Origin: a virus
Lineage: Duplodnaviria > Caudoviricetes
Strand: one strand, 5' to 3'
DNA: 35,593 nt
Virus record (IMG/VR): IMGVR_UViG_3300025103_000071
Location: 1 to 35,593 of that record
Below, one piece after another: positions 1 to 8,879 of this stretch. The notes under the pieces were generated by a model. It was not told where the DNA came from and did no database searches. It was given only the letters and a program-made list of their open reading frames with translations. How positions within the stretch are numbered: the stretch's first letter is position 1; every line of letters begins with the position of its first letter. The position numbers and the translations under genes were made by a program.

Positions 1-69
1 ATCACCAGCGGCAGCTACTCTATGAAATACTTGAGCATTTGTACTAACTCTCATTCTTGTACTTGCCAT
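1..69 (-). CDS. N-terminus of a probable virion protein, truncated by the window edge (MASTRMRVSTNAQVFHRVAAAGD...)
   Basis: ATG at 69 on the minus strand with AGGAG at 80-76; frame open to position 1; follows the structural genes. Confidence 0.65.
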   Translation of the reverse strand, partial: MASTRMRVSTNAQVFHRVAAAGD

Positions 70-81
70 TTTATTCTCCTA

Positions 82-3000
82 TTATTGTTGTTGGGCTGCT
101 TGAGCAGCAATTGTTCTATCTATCATTTTAGAATTATTTGCAATATATGAACTTACTTCATTCACAGACCATTTATAATACTTATCTGCTTCAGCTTGGT
201 AATGCTGTGCCTGCTGAGCAGTCATAGTTGTTTTTTGAGCTTGGTTACTTATATTGGCTTGAAATTTTTGTACTTCAGCTGTGTATTTTTGGAGGTCAGT
301 AGCTCTCTCAGCCTGCCATACATCAACATCAGCTTTCAAATTAGCAGTGAACTCTTGGACTTGTGTCGCTACTTGCATTTGATAATTTTGAAGATTGTTC
401 TGATATGCTTGGGCATTATTACTATTATCCGCAATCAATGCTTGCATTTTATTTTGTGCGTTTTGCAATGCGTTTGCTTGATCTTTTTGAAGATTAGACT
501 TTTTTACATCTATATCAACTTGAAGATTTTGAATATCTGCTTGCATATCATGATTAGCTTTTGCAACAGCCTCTTGAAACTCAATCTGATATCTTGCATT
601 TTCTTTGTTAAATTCATTTAATTCATTTTGAAGATCAGTCCCAAACTTTTGAATTTCTAGTGTATTCCTTTTTTGCCATTCATCACACTCAGACGAATTG
701 CCTTGTACAACCCTAGACACTTCTGCCGTATAAGAAGAAATCTCATTTTGATAATTTTGTATTTTACGAGCTTCATTAGCATCTGCTAACTGAGCTTCTT
801 GTATCTTCTCTTGAACAACAGCTTGATAAATAGCAGAGTCTTTTTGAAAAGTATTCAAAGCATTTTGCATATCACTTTGATATTGCTGTAATACTGTTTG
901 TCTATCTTCATTCCATACTTGTAAATCGCCTTTAAGATTTGCATCATACTCTTGCACTTCTTTTTGAACTTCAGATTGATAACTTTGAAGTTCACTTTGG
1001 TATTTATTAATCTTACTTGTATTATCTGCTATAATAGCTTGCATATCGTTAGCTTTATTCTGCAATGAAAGAGCTTGATCTTTTTGCAAGTTTGATTTCT
1101 TAATATCATTTTCTGAATCAGCATTCTTCATTCTTTCTTGTGATTCAACTCTTAAATTCTCAACAGCTACTTGAAGATCATGATTAGCTTTATTAAGAGC
1201 TTCTTGAAATTCCATTTGATAACGTGCATTAGTGTTATTAAAAACATTCAATTCGCTTTGAATATCTGAACTATACGTTTTTAATAAATTATCATAATCA
1301 GTTTTATATTTTTCAAAGTTTTGAATCCACTCTTCATTAGTCCACTTCTGAACAACTGCATTTGTCTCAGATTGATACGCACTTAATTCATTTTGATACT
1401 TAGTAAGCTTAGATTGATATAATTGAACGCCTTCTTGAAAATTTTGTAATGCATTATCTGAAGCAATCTTTTGGTCTTTATCTAAATTAGCTTTTCTAGT
1501 AGTATATATATGTTGTGCTTGTTGTGTTGCTTCTTGAATGTCCTTTTGAAGATTGGCATTTTCCCTTTGAAAATCCTGCTGATACTCAACATTATTTTTA
1601 TTAAATACATTCAATTCATTTTGTATATCACTTCCGTATTTTTGTAAATCTGTTTGTCTACTTGTTTGCCAAGCTCTAGTATCTCCTTCTAAATTTTGCT
1701 GATACTCTTGAACTTTTGTACTAACTTCGGCTTGGTACGCAGACAATTCATTAGAATATTTTTGAAGTTTTTGGGCATCGTCAGATGATGATAGTTGTGC
1801 ATTTTGAATTGCTTTTTGTACTGATGCTTGGTACTCTGCATTATCTCTATTAAAAGAACTAACTGCATTTTGCATATTAGCACTAAACTCACCAATTTTA
1901 GAGTCCATCTCTCTTAATTTAACACTAGCAAGCTCTACATCTTCCTCAGTATCAACATAAGTATCAACTTGAGCATAATCAGTATTTGGAGAAGGAGGCT
2001 GAACATATGTAGGTACAGTACCAAATGCTCCAATAGAACTATCTGATAAAGATGGTGGAACAGGTACTGCAATTGTAATTGATAAATCACTTATTATAGG
2101 AGCAGACTCTAATACTATTGTTGGCTTTGTGTAACTAGGAGCACTCACACTAAGGACAGACATATCAGATATATTTACAATAGGTTCAACAATATCAGAT
2201 ATACCAGTGACATCCTCATAAGTAAAACTAGGAGACTCAGGTGCTACAGGAACGCTTGGAAGATTCAAACTACCAATAGTACCTAAAGATGGTACTGAAA
2301 ATACTGGTTTAGTATAGCTTGGAGCATGAGCACTAACATCAACAATAGAAGGAGCAGATGCAGATGTAGTTACTACGCTAGATGCACTTATATCTCCTAC
2401 TGAGGCATCGCTATGACTAACAACTGTTAATGATGGTGCCACAGGAGGCGTAATAGAAATTGTTAAATTTCCTATTGTTGGTTTAGTCCCTAAAGTTGGA
2501 GATGATGGGGGTACATAATTAGGGTTAGACCCCGAAAAATCTGCTACAACTTGAGCCGAGACACTAGGCTTGATGGGAGGGCTTGGGAAAACCCAAGAAG
2601 TAGCAGGAAAACTTGTTAATGACATAACTGGCTTTGTATATGTTGGTGCGTTTGAACTAACATCTATTATTGAAGGGGCAGTTACAGTCCCTTTAAGTAT
2701 ATCCGAAACAAAAGCATCGGAATAAGTAATTTTTTCAAGTATTGGAGAAATAGGAGCTATAATGCCTATATCCAAATCTGTTATTGTTGGGGCTGAACCC
2801 AAAGTAGGAGAGACAGGAACATCAACGTCTACCCAGTCTGTAATCTTTCCACTAGCTAATTTTGTAAACTCAAGAGAAGACACTCTATAAATAATTGCAT
2901 TCCTTAAATCAGAATCATCATCTATTTTAGAATAGTCTATGTAAAATATATATCCAGCATTGGAACCATCAGTAACGGGAGCAAAATGCACAGCCCCTTG

Positions 3001-3312
3001 TTTATGATAAAATTTAGGATATTTAGATGTTGCAAATTTTAAACTCGTTGAATCAAGTACCCAATTTGCCTCTGACATTGGAATTTCTTTACAACTATAT
3101 CCGTTTCTTTGTACATCAGTAATAGAATCATTTATTGAAAATGAAATTGCACTACCATCAGTTGAAGATGATGAAACTTTTTGTGCGAATAATAATAAAT
3201 CTTTAGGTATACTAGAAACTGCAAATTTCTGAGCATCTTCTATGCTATTAGCACTTAAAGAAGATATGCCAGTAATGTCTTTTACGCTTTGAGTGATTTC
3301 AGTTAAAGCCAT
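82..3312 (-). CDS. 1076-aa virion protein, probable head-tail connector/neck-type protein carrying a large Pro-rich plus coiled-coil insertion
   Basis: Directly downstream of the capsid gene; GGAGG RBS; five Pro-rich repeats ending P.Y.KP/P.YV.P followed by five Gln-rich helical repeats; non-repetitive N- and C-terminal ends. The connector role is inferred from position only. Confidence 0.6.
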   Translation of the reverse strand: MALTEITQSVKDITGISSLSANSIEDAQKFAVSSIPKDLLLFAQKVSSSSTDGSAISFSINDSITDVQRNGYSCKEIPMSEANWVLDSTSLKFATSKYPKFYHKQGAVHFAPVTDGSNAGYIFYIDYSKIDDDSDLRNAIIYRVSSLEFTKLASGKITDWVDVDVPVSPTLGSAPTITDLDIGIIAPISPILEKITYSDAFVSDILKGTVTAPSIIDVSSNAPTYTKPVMSLTSFPATSWVFPSPPIKPSVSAQVVADFSGSNPNYVPPSSPTLGTKPTIGNLTISITPPVAPSLTVVSHSDASVGDISASSVVTTSASAPSIVDVSAHAPSYTKPVFSVPSLGTIGSLNLPSVPVAPESPSFTYEDVTGISDIVEPIVNISDMSVLSVSAPSYTKPTIVLESAPIISDLSITIAVPVPPSLSDSSIGAFGTVPTYVQPPSPNTDYAQVDTYVDTEEDVELASVKLREMDSKIGEFSANMQNAVSSFNRDNAEYQASVQKAIQNAQLSSSDDAQKLQKYSNELSAYQAEVSTKVQEYQQNLEGDTRAWQTSRQTDLQKYGSDIQNELNVFNKNNVEYQQDFQRENANLQKDIQEATQQAQHIYTTRKANLDKDQKIASDNALQNFQEGVQLYQSKLTKYQNELSAYQSETNAVVQKWTNEEWIQNFEKYKTDYDNLLKTYSSDIQSELNVFNNTNARYQMEFQEALNKANHDLQVAVENLRVESQERMKNADSENDIKKSNLQKDQALSLQNKANDMQAIIADNTSKINKYQSELQSYQSEVQKEVQEYDANLKGDLQVWNEDRQTVLQQYQSDMQNALNTFQKDSAIYQAVVQEKIQEAQLADANEARKIQNYQNEISSYTAEVSRVVQGNSSECDEWQKRNTLEIQKFGTDLQNELNEFNKENARYQIEFQEAVAKANHDMQADIQNLQVDIDVKKSNLQKDQANALQNAQNKMQALIADNSNNAQAYQNNLQNYQMQVATQVQEFTANLKADVDVWQAERATDLQKYTAEVQKFQANISNQAQKTTMTAQQAQHYQAEADKYYKWSVNEVSSYIANNSKMIDRTIAAQAAQQQ

Positions 3313-3325
3313 TTTCCCTCCGCTA

Positions 3326-3356
3326 TTGGGGGAAAGTGCAAAACTTTAACCCCCAA
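3326..3356 (-). terminator. Hairpin after the major capsid gene (weak terminator or mRNA-stabilising stem)
   Basis: TTGGGGG(3326-3332)/CCCCCAA(3350-3356) with inner AAAGT/ACTTT; no U-tract on the minus strand; abuts the next RBS. Confidence 0.5.
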
Positions 3357-3371
3357 GAACATTAAGTTATC

Positions 3372-4961
3372 TTACGCTACTTTCCAGACTGCGTGAGATT
3401 CGGGCATTTGCCATTCCATACCAGCTTCGGTAAGGATCATGTCAACCCGTTTATCTGTACCAGTGTTTTCCAAGGATTGAACACCAACATAGATCGAAGT
3501 GTCTCTAGAAACACCATTACCTGCGAGAGGACGGTATTTACAATGCTTCATATTGACACCAAGCATAGCAACTTGAGTTTGATCAAGAGCAATGTGACGA
3601 GCCACGTTCATGTCACCATAAACTGTAGAAATTCTCGTCATGTCAACTCCAAATTGCTTGCTTCTTCCAGTAGCTGCAAAGCCAGCACGACCATATGATT
3701 GACCGTCAGCTGCAGGTGAAGATGCACCGGGTTCTACCATGCCAATATTATTAGCAAAGTAACCTGACAATTTATGCAACCAGTTGTATACTGCTGTAGA
3801 GCAGAAGAACACAGTTGCTTTGGAGTCATTGTATCTAGGATCAACATAGTTGCTCAAATCATCAAGAAATGAATCTTGAGATTTACTAGCTACGTCAAGT
3901 TCAAATACATTACCATTGTTCAAGATGTAATCAACTGCACCTTGAGTCTGTGCTACAGAGTTAGCAGTATACTGCGAACCGAACAACAAGGACTGTTCAA
4001 TGTCCCATTTGTGCTCGATGAGTTTTTCACGCCAAATCCTTGCCCATTCATTTGGTTCATACTTAAGAACCGTTGCTCGGGCAGTATTTGTCATACCAAA
4101 CTCAGTACGCCATATCTGCGTTTGTCCATAACCAGTAGCGAAAGGCTGATCATTCCAAGTAGTTCCAAGGAGTGAAGAACCTTCTGCATAAGAAGTTCCA
4201 ACAACGTATGAACGCTGTGCTTCTAATGAACCAGCAATCTCTTGATCGTAAGTACGACCAACAGGAACATTACTTGCAAATGAACTATATTCACCTGAAG
4301 CTGCTCTAATTACTGAACCAGTAACAAGCTGAACACTGCGAGCAGATGAACTAACATTTTGCATAGCAAAAGTTTTATTCCCTGCTGCTGCGACGGCTGT
4401 CACTCTCAATAGAATGTAATCATCTGGTTTAGCACCATTTGCTCCACCACCAGCTGTGGAAGAAACAGGAATCTTTATGATTTGATTATCCATAAAGAAC
4501 TCAGGGGCTGTTCCAGAATCACCAACATCAATCTTGTCAGTTGCTTGTCCGAACTTGTTTTGGATGTTGCCACCACTTTTGTAATCACACGCCATATATA
4601 CTTTAAGTATATCGTCTAGAGCAATTGTTGCATCTGCTCCATATCCAGTGATTGTTGCATCGTCAAATACATCAGTAGTACTAGCCTTAATTTGACCAAC
4701 TACATATGCATAACGTCTATGAAAAGATGGTCTTCGTTCCGTAAACTTGAAACTTGGATCATCGGTAGGATTTTTAGCCACTTTTGATACAAATCTAAAA
4801 AAAGGTGATTGTGCAATCGCCAATTCTGATACCCTACTGCCAAAGTTATACTTTCTGCGAAGGACACCAGTATTTAGATCAGTACCTAATCGAGAGCCAG
4901 CTGCACCCAGAGCTTGATCGTTGATATCCCAATTGCTCAGGAATCTAGGGGTTGAGGCCAT
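3372..4961 (-). CDS. Major capsid protein (HK97 fold, SU10/DUF5309-like), 529 aa
   Basis: Position after portal and scaffold; motifs 'GQTQIWRTEFGMTNTARAT', 'EHKWDIEQSLLFG', 'DMILTEAGME' resemble this MCP family. Confidence 0.85.
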   Translation of the reverse strand: MASTPRFLSNWDINDQALGAAGSRLGTDLNTGVLRRKYNFGSRVSELAIAQSPFFRFVSKVAKNPTDDPSFKFTERRPSFHRRYAYVVGQIKASTTDVFDDATITGYGADATIALDDILKVYMACDYKSGGNIQNKFGQATDKIDVGDSGTAPEFFMDNQIIKIPVSSTAGGGANGAKPDDYILLRVTAVAAAGNKTFAMQNVSSSARSVQLVTGSVIRAASGEYSSFASNVPVGRTYDQEIAGSLEAQRSYVVGTSYAEGSSLLGTTWNDQPFATGYGQTQIWRTEFGMTNTARATVLKYEPNEWARIWREKLIEHKWDIEQSLLFGSQYTANSVAQTQGAVDYILNNGNVFELDVASKSQDSFLDDLSNYVDPRYNDSKATVFFCSTAVYNWLHKLSGYFANNIGMVEPGASSPAADGQSYGRAGFAATGRSKQFGVDMTRISTVYGDMNVARHIALDQTQVAMLGVNMKHCKYRPLAGNGVSRDTSIYVGVQSLENTGTDKRVDMILTEAGMEWQMPESHAVWKVA

Positions 4962-4972
4962 TTTCTACTCCA

Positions 4973-5848
4973 TTAGTTAAAAATATCGTCCATCCCTACT
5001 TTGAGTATTGAATCAAACACAGCATCATTCACATCACCGTCTTCTGGGTTTGTAGATTGTTCTCCGCTGGATGCAAGCGACTGAGGCTTTTGCCTGACAT
5101 TTTGCATTTGATTAGCTACTTGTTTCCTTGTTTCATTCGCAACTTTTTGGTCACGATTTTCACGATTCATCAAATAATAAATATCATCAAATGTTAATTG
5201 ACGGCTATTAGCATAATCAACAAATTTTTCCCATTGTTCATTATCAAGCTCATATTTCTCTTTGAAATCCTTCTCCATTTGAGAACGCTGTGCTTGTTCA
5301 TTTTGAACTTTGGTTTGTTTGCCAACAATACCTTTAACCCTGTCGTTTACAACAGAATTGAAAACCTTAGCAGAATCAGAATTTGGATCACTAAAAGCTT
5401 CGTCTGAGTCAAAAACGAAGTCTTCATCTAATCCCAATCTTTCCTTCATGCCTTTTGGTTGATTCTCGCCATTGATATGATCTCTGACGGTACTAATCAA
5501 ATTAGGGTCTTCTCTCATACGATCAAGTAAAGGGGCGTAAGGCTCTAGCTCCTGAAGGCGATTATTAAGTCGCTTTGCTTCACGGCTTGAATCCGAATAT
5601 CTCTTTTCTAGTCGTTCGAGTTGTGACACCTGATTGGTGTCGTTTGTCTCTTCGGCAACAGGGCTCTTATTAGAGGTTGTCTGTTCTTGAGGAGGTGGGG
5701 GTGATTCAGTGAAAGACCCGTTGACTTGTTCATCTAACTGTGCGAAAAAATCACCGGGGTCATCAATATCCCCTCCGGCTATGCCCGTTACGGCATCTTC
5801 GACAGAAACAGGGCTGTCTTGCAGGTTAGCTGCTTCTTGTTCTGGCAT
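4973..5848 (-). CDS. Capsid scaffolding protein
   Basis: Acidic, low-complexity N-terminus, coiled coil 'LEKRYSDSSREAKRLN', located between portal and MCP; AGGAG RBS. Confidence 0.75.
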   Translation of the reverse strand: MPEQEAANLQDSPVSVEDAVTGIAGGDIDDPGDFFAQLDEQVNGSFTESPPPPQEQTTSNKSPVAEETNDTNQVSQLERLEKRYSDSSREAKRLNNRLQELEPYAPLLDRMREDPNLISTVRDHINGENQPKGMKERLGLDEDFVFDSDEAFSDPNSDSAKVFNSVVNDRVKGIVGKQTKVQNEQAQRSQMEKDFKEKYELDNEQWEKFVDYANSRQLTFDDIYYLMNRENRDQKVANETRKQVANQMQNVRQKPQSLASSGEQSTNPEDGDVNDAVFDSILKVGMDDIFN

Positions 5849-5880
5849 TATATTACTCCTTTTTTGTTAATAAATGCAAA

Positions 5881-8106
5881 TTATTTTTTATTAGAAGGCT
5901 CTCTTGTTTTTTCTCTTGCTTGATCCTTCATTCTTTCACGAAGTAATTTTTGTTGTGCTTTAGTATCAAGTGTTTCTTTGGTTATTGCTTCTGAGCCTCT
6001 TTTAGTCTCGTCCCTTATACCAGATTGTATTAATTGCCTAGATAATGTTTCGATTGTGCCATCTCTATCTTTCAAAGCACCTTCTAAACTATCAACTTGA
6101 GATTTAAGTTGTGAGTATATTGATTTTCTCTTAAGAATATTTTCTTTTCCACGAACATCAGTTTCTGCAAGCATAGCAATGTCATCAATAAGCCCAGATT
6201 GATACCATCTAAAATATTCTTCAAGTAATGCCCATCTATTAACTGGTAAAGTTGAACCTGCAACAATTCTTACGTCAAATTTAGCTGATGCATAATCATT
6301 GAACATATTAATTGCCCTTCCAAGATCATTATATATAGGAACATTAATCTCTACTTGTCTTTCTTCTTGGATATGAGAAGGCTGGATTATTCTAAAAATT
6401 TTATGTGCTCGATAAGTACTCTGGGCAATTGATTGAAAACATTTACCAAGATGCTCCAATGAAGGTTCAACTATATCATTCATCCAAGCCTTTATTCTCC
6501 TTGTCCCATGCTCATCCTGTGCAAGTAATCCACGATATGTATCATGTTGTTGCCCTAAGTCACCTTGCATAGAACTATAAATACCAGACATATACTCCAT
6601 ATCCTGCTTCCCCTCTTGAACAGTAGAGAAAAAAGCTTGATTTATGCTCTGGGGTTGAACTGGCGTGGGAGGGGCAAATCCTTGTCTATATTTAAGCAAT
6701 GCACCGGGAGCAGAAGAATATTGTTCCCACTCATCTTCAGGAACAGAACCCTCTTCATAAATCCATCTTAGGTTAGAAGCCAAGTTTGCATTGTGAATCA
6801 TTAATTGATGAGCTTTATTTATCTCTTGCTGTTTACCTATAAGTGGCAGTACAGCTGACATTGGGTATGGAGTACCTGTCCACATATACGGAATAGGCAC
6901 TATTGGGTAATCAGCCATTGGCATATATGTTTCATAAAGCATAACTTCAGAACCAAGACTTACACTTACCTTAATTCGTGAATCATAAAAAGGCACAGCT
7001 TCTACAATAGTAGATGCAAACAAATCATTCTTAATTAATTCTTTATATTCTTGTTCATTTACAACTTGGTTTTCAATTTTAGTTGATTCTTCTTTTAACC
7101 TCGCCATTAATGATGTTTGTGCCTGCTCTAGTTGGTCTTCTAATTCTTTCTGTGCTTTCTCTTTTTCAATTTGACCTCTCTCTGGGATCATTTCGCCCTG
7201 CTCTACAAGCTCATCAATTTGAAGCATTTTTTCTTTTAACTGAACTTGTAATTCATTTTTAAGTTGAAGTAATTGTTCATTAACCTGCTCTTGAAGTTCC
7301 TCTAATCCTTGAGAATCTGGAGGCAATTGAATAAAAAGGTTATAAAGTTTGTACTTTTCTTTAGTATAGAATTCATAACAATCTACTACTTCATCTTCTT
7401 CTGATGTTAATGGATCGTATGCTTCTCCACCAATATCATCTGGCTGTATACTATCAGAATTGAAAGATTCTCTTTGTGAATAAAACTGACCTCCTTGGTT
7501 AGCAGAGCCATCAGCAGCATTAATTTTTTTCTTAAATTGTGGAAATAAACTAATAAGCTGAGTTTTGGGGAGGTCTTTTTTAATAATTATATAACTTGCA
7601 TCTCTAAAAAGAAAATCTCTGCTCATAGGGTCTACCCATACGTCATGAGGATCAATTCTTTTAAATACAACTTCTCCCATACCCTTATCCATATCAGGGT
7701 CTATATCAACTTGTAAGAAACCAACTCCTTTTATAAGAGCATCTTGGATAACATGAGAATATAAAGAGTTACCATTCGATAGATACCAGCAATAATCTGC
7801 AATATCAGAATGAACAGCAGCAACATCAGTATCGCTACCTTCTGCCCCCACAGCTTGCCATCTAGGATTTTTAGCCGTAGCGAAATATTTCATCATTTCT
7901 ATGACGGGCGTTATCCTGTTAATAGTAAAAGTAGGCATACCAGATTGCTCTAGCATACGTTCTTCATTTTTTGTTAGCTGGTCGTTGTGATAAAAATCAC
8001 TACACTTTTGTGAAGATGATTGCCACTTTCTCCTATAGGCGTTATCTGCCCTTTGGAAAAGTTGGTATATAACTTCCGCTCTTTGCTTATTACTTTTTCT
8101 TGGCAT
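5881..8106 (-). CDS. Portal protein (P22/SU10-like), 741 aa
   Basis: 'FYHNDQ...PTFTINRITP', 'DALIKGVGFLQV', 'QQEINK', C-terminal helical tail; position between terminase and scaffold. Confidence 0.88.
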   Translation of the reverse strand: MPRKSNKQRAEVIYQLFQRADNAYRRKWQSSSQKCSDFYHNDQLTKNEERMLEQSGMPTFTINRITPVIEMMKYFATAKNPRWQAVGAEGSDTDVAAVHSDIADYCWYLSNGNSLYSHVIQDALIKGVGFLQVDIDPDMDKGMGEVVFKRIDPHDVWVDPMSRDFLFRDASYIIIKKDLPKTQLISLFPQFKKKINAADGSANQGGQFYSQRESFNSDSIQPDDIGGEAYDPLTSEEDEVVDCYEFYTKEKYKLYNLFIQLPPDSQGLEELQEQVNEQLLQLKNELQVQLKEKMLQIDELVEQGEMIPERGQIEKEKAQKELEDQLEQAQTSLMARLKEESTKIENQVVNEQEYKELIKNDLFASTIVEAVPFYDSRIKVSVSLGSEVMLYETYMPMADYPIVPIPYMWTGTPYPMSAVLPLIGKQQEINKAHQLMIHNANLASNLRWIYEEGSVPEDEWEQYSSAPGALLKYRQGFAPPTPVQPQSINQAFFSTVQEGKQDMEYMSGIYSSMQGDLGQQHDTYRGLLAQDEHGTRRIKAWMNDIVEPSLEHLGKCFQSIAQSTYRAHKIFRIIQPSHIQEERQVEINVPIYNDLGRAINMFNDYASAKFDVRIVAGSTLPVNRWALLEEYFRWYQSGLIDDIAMLAETDVRGKENILKRKSIYSQLKSQVDSLEGALKDRDGTIETLSRQLIQSGIRDETKRGSEAITKETLDTKAQQKLLRERMKDQAREKTREPSNKK

Positions 8107-8215
8107 ATTTTCTCTTAGCCCGTTTATTCGCTGCTTTTCTAGCCGAACCGGTTTTCTTCAATCTATCACGATAAGAAGACTTACTTTCTTTTTTGTAGCG
8201 TTTTTTTGCGGGCAT
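8090..8215 (-). CDS. 41-aa very basic peptide (MPAKKRYKKESKSSYRDRLKKTGSARKAANKRAKRKYAKKK)
   Basis: Hand-translated, below ORF-track cutoff; fills the gap between the 8181-8390 ORF and the portal, overlapping both. Confidence 0.55.
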   Translation of the reverse strand: MPAKKRYKKESKSSYRDRLKKTGSARKAANKRAKRKYAKKK

Positions 8216-8390
8216 TTTTCTTTTTTCCTAATACTAAGGTTGGATGTCTTTGTCTAAAACCATTCATGTCAACAAAACTTTGCCAAGCTGACTTATTTTT
8301 ACTACTCGAACTAATATTCATACTAGATTCTGAGTCTAAAGATAGATCATCTGGTCGAATAGGGTCTATTTGAAAATCATTTTCAGCCAT
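8181..8390 (-). CDS. Hypothetical protein
   Basis: Track ORF 8181-8402; likely start is ATG at 8390 (MAENDF), coupled to the upstream stop by TAATG. Confidence 0.55.
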   Translation of the reverse strand: MAENDFQIDPIRPDDLSLDSESSMNISSSSKNKSAWQSFVDMNGFRQRHPTLVLGKKKNARKKTLQKRK

Positions 8391-8878
8391 TACATCATCC
8401 ACTTTTTAACTGCTTCAATAAAATGGGCTGGATCACCTTTTCCGCCCTCTGTATTGTAATACTTTTTCCAATATTCAGCCTGTCCCTCTATAGAACGAGG
8501 CAATTTCTTTGGGACTCTTCGATACTTGAGCCTACAATGCACAATACCAGCTGCTATATTCTTCTCTAAGATTTCTCCCCATATATCTTCTTCGTATATT
8601 TGCCAATATCTAAGATTAACAAGACTAGCCTTAGCACAATCCTTCATTAATTCAGACCTATACTTCAAATAATGTTGACAATTGTCAACTGCAGAAGCTG
8701 GCTCTACCTGCCAAAATGATCTTGCCGGCCCATCTCCCATTTGGCGTATGTATTCATATCGAGATTCTACTATACCAGTGGCTAAAACCAGCATAACAGC
8801 ATCTTTTGATGCATATTTTTCACCCATTTTGGAGCATGTATTATGTATCAGACTCCTCATTTGACTTATACTTACCAT
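8390..8878 (-). CDS. Lysozyme-like/lytic transglycosylase-fold protein (candidate endolysin)
   Basis: 'GIVESR' putative catalytic Glu followed by 'GPARSFWQVEP', and 'YWKKYYNT' at the C-terminus. Confidence 0.65.
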   Translation of the reverse strand: MVSISQMRSLIHNTCSKMGEKYASKDAVMLVLATGIVESRYEYIRQMGDGPARSFWQVEPASAVDNCQHYLKYRSELMKDCAKASLVNLRYWQIYEEDIWGEILEKNIAAGIVHCRLKYRRVPKKLPRSIEGQAEYWKKYYNTEGGKGDPAHFIEAVKKWMM

Positions 8879-8879
8879 T

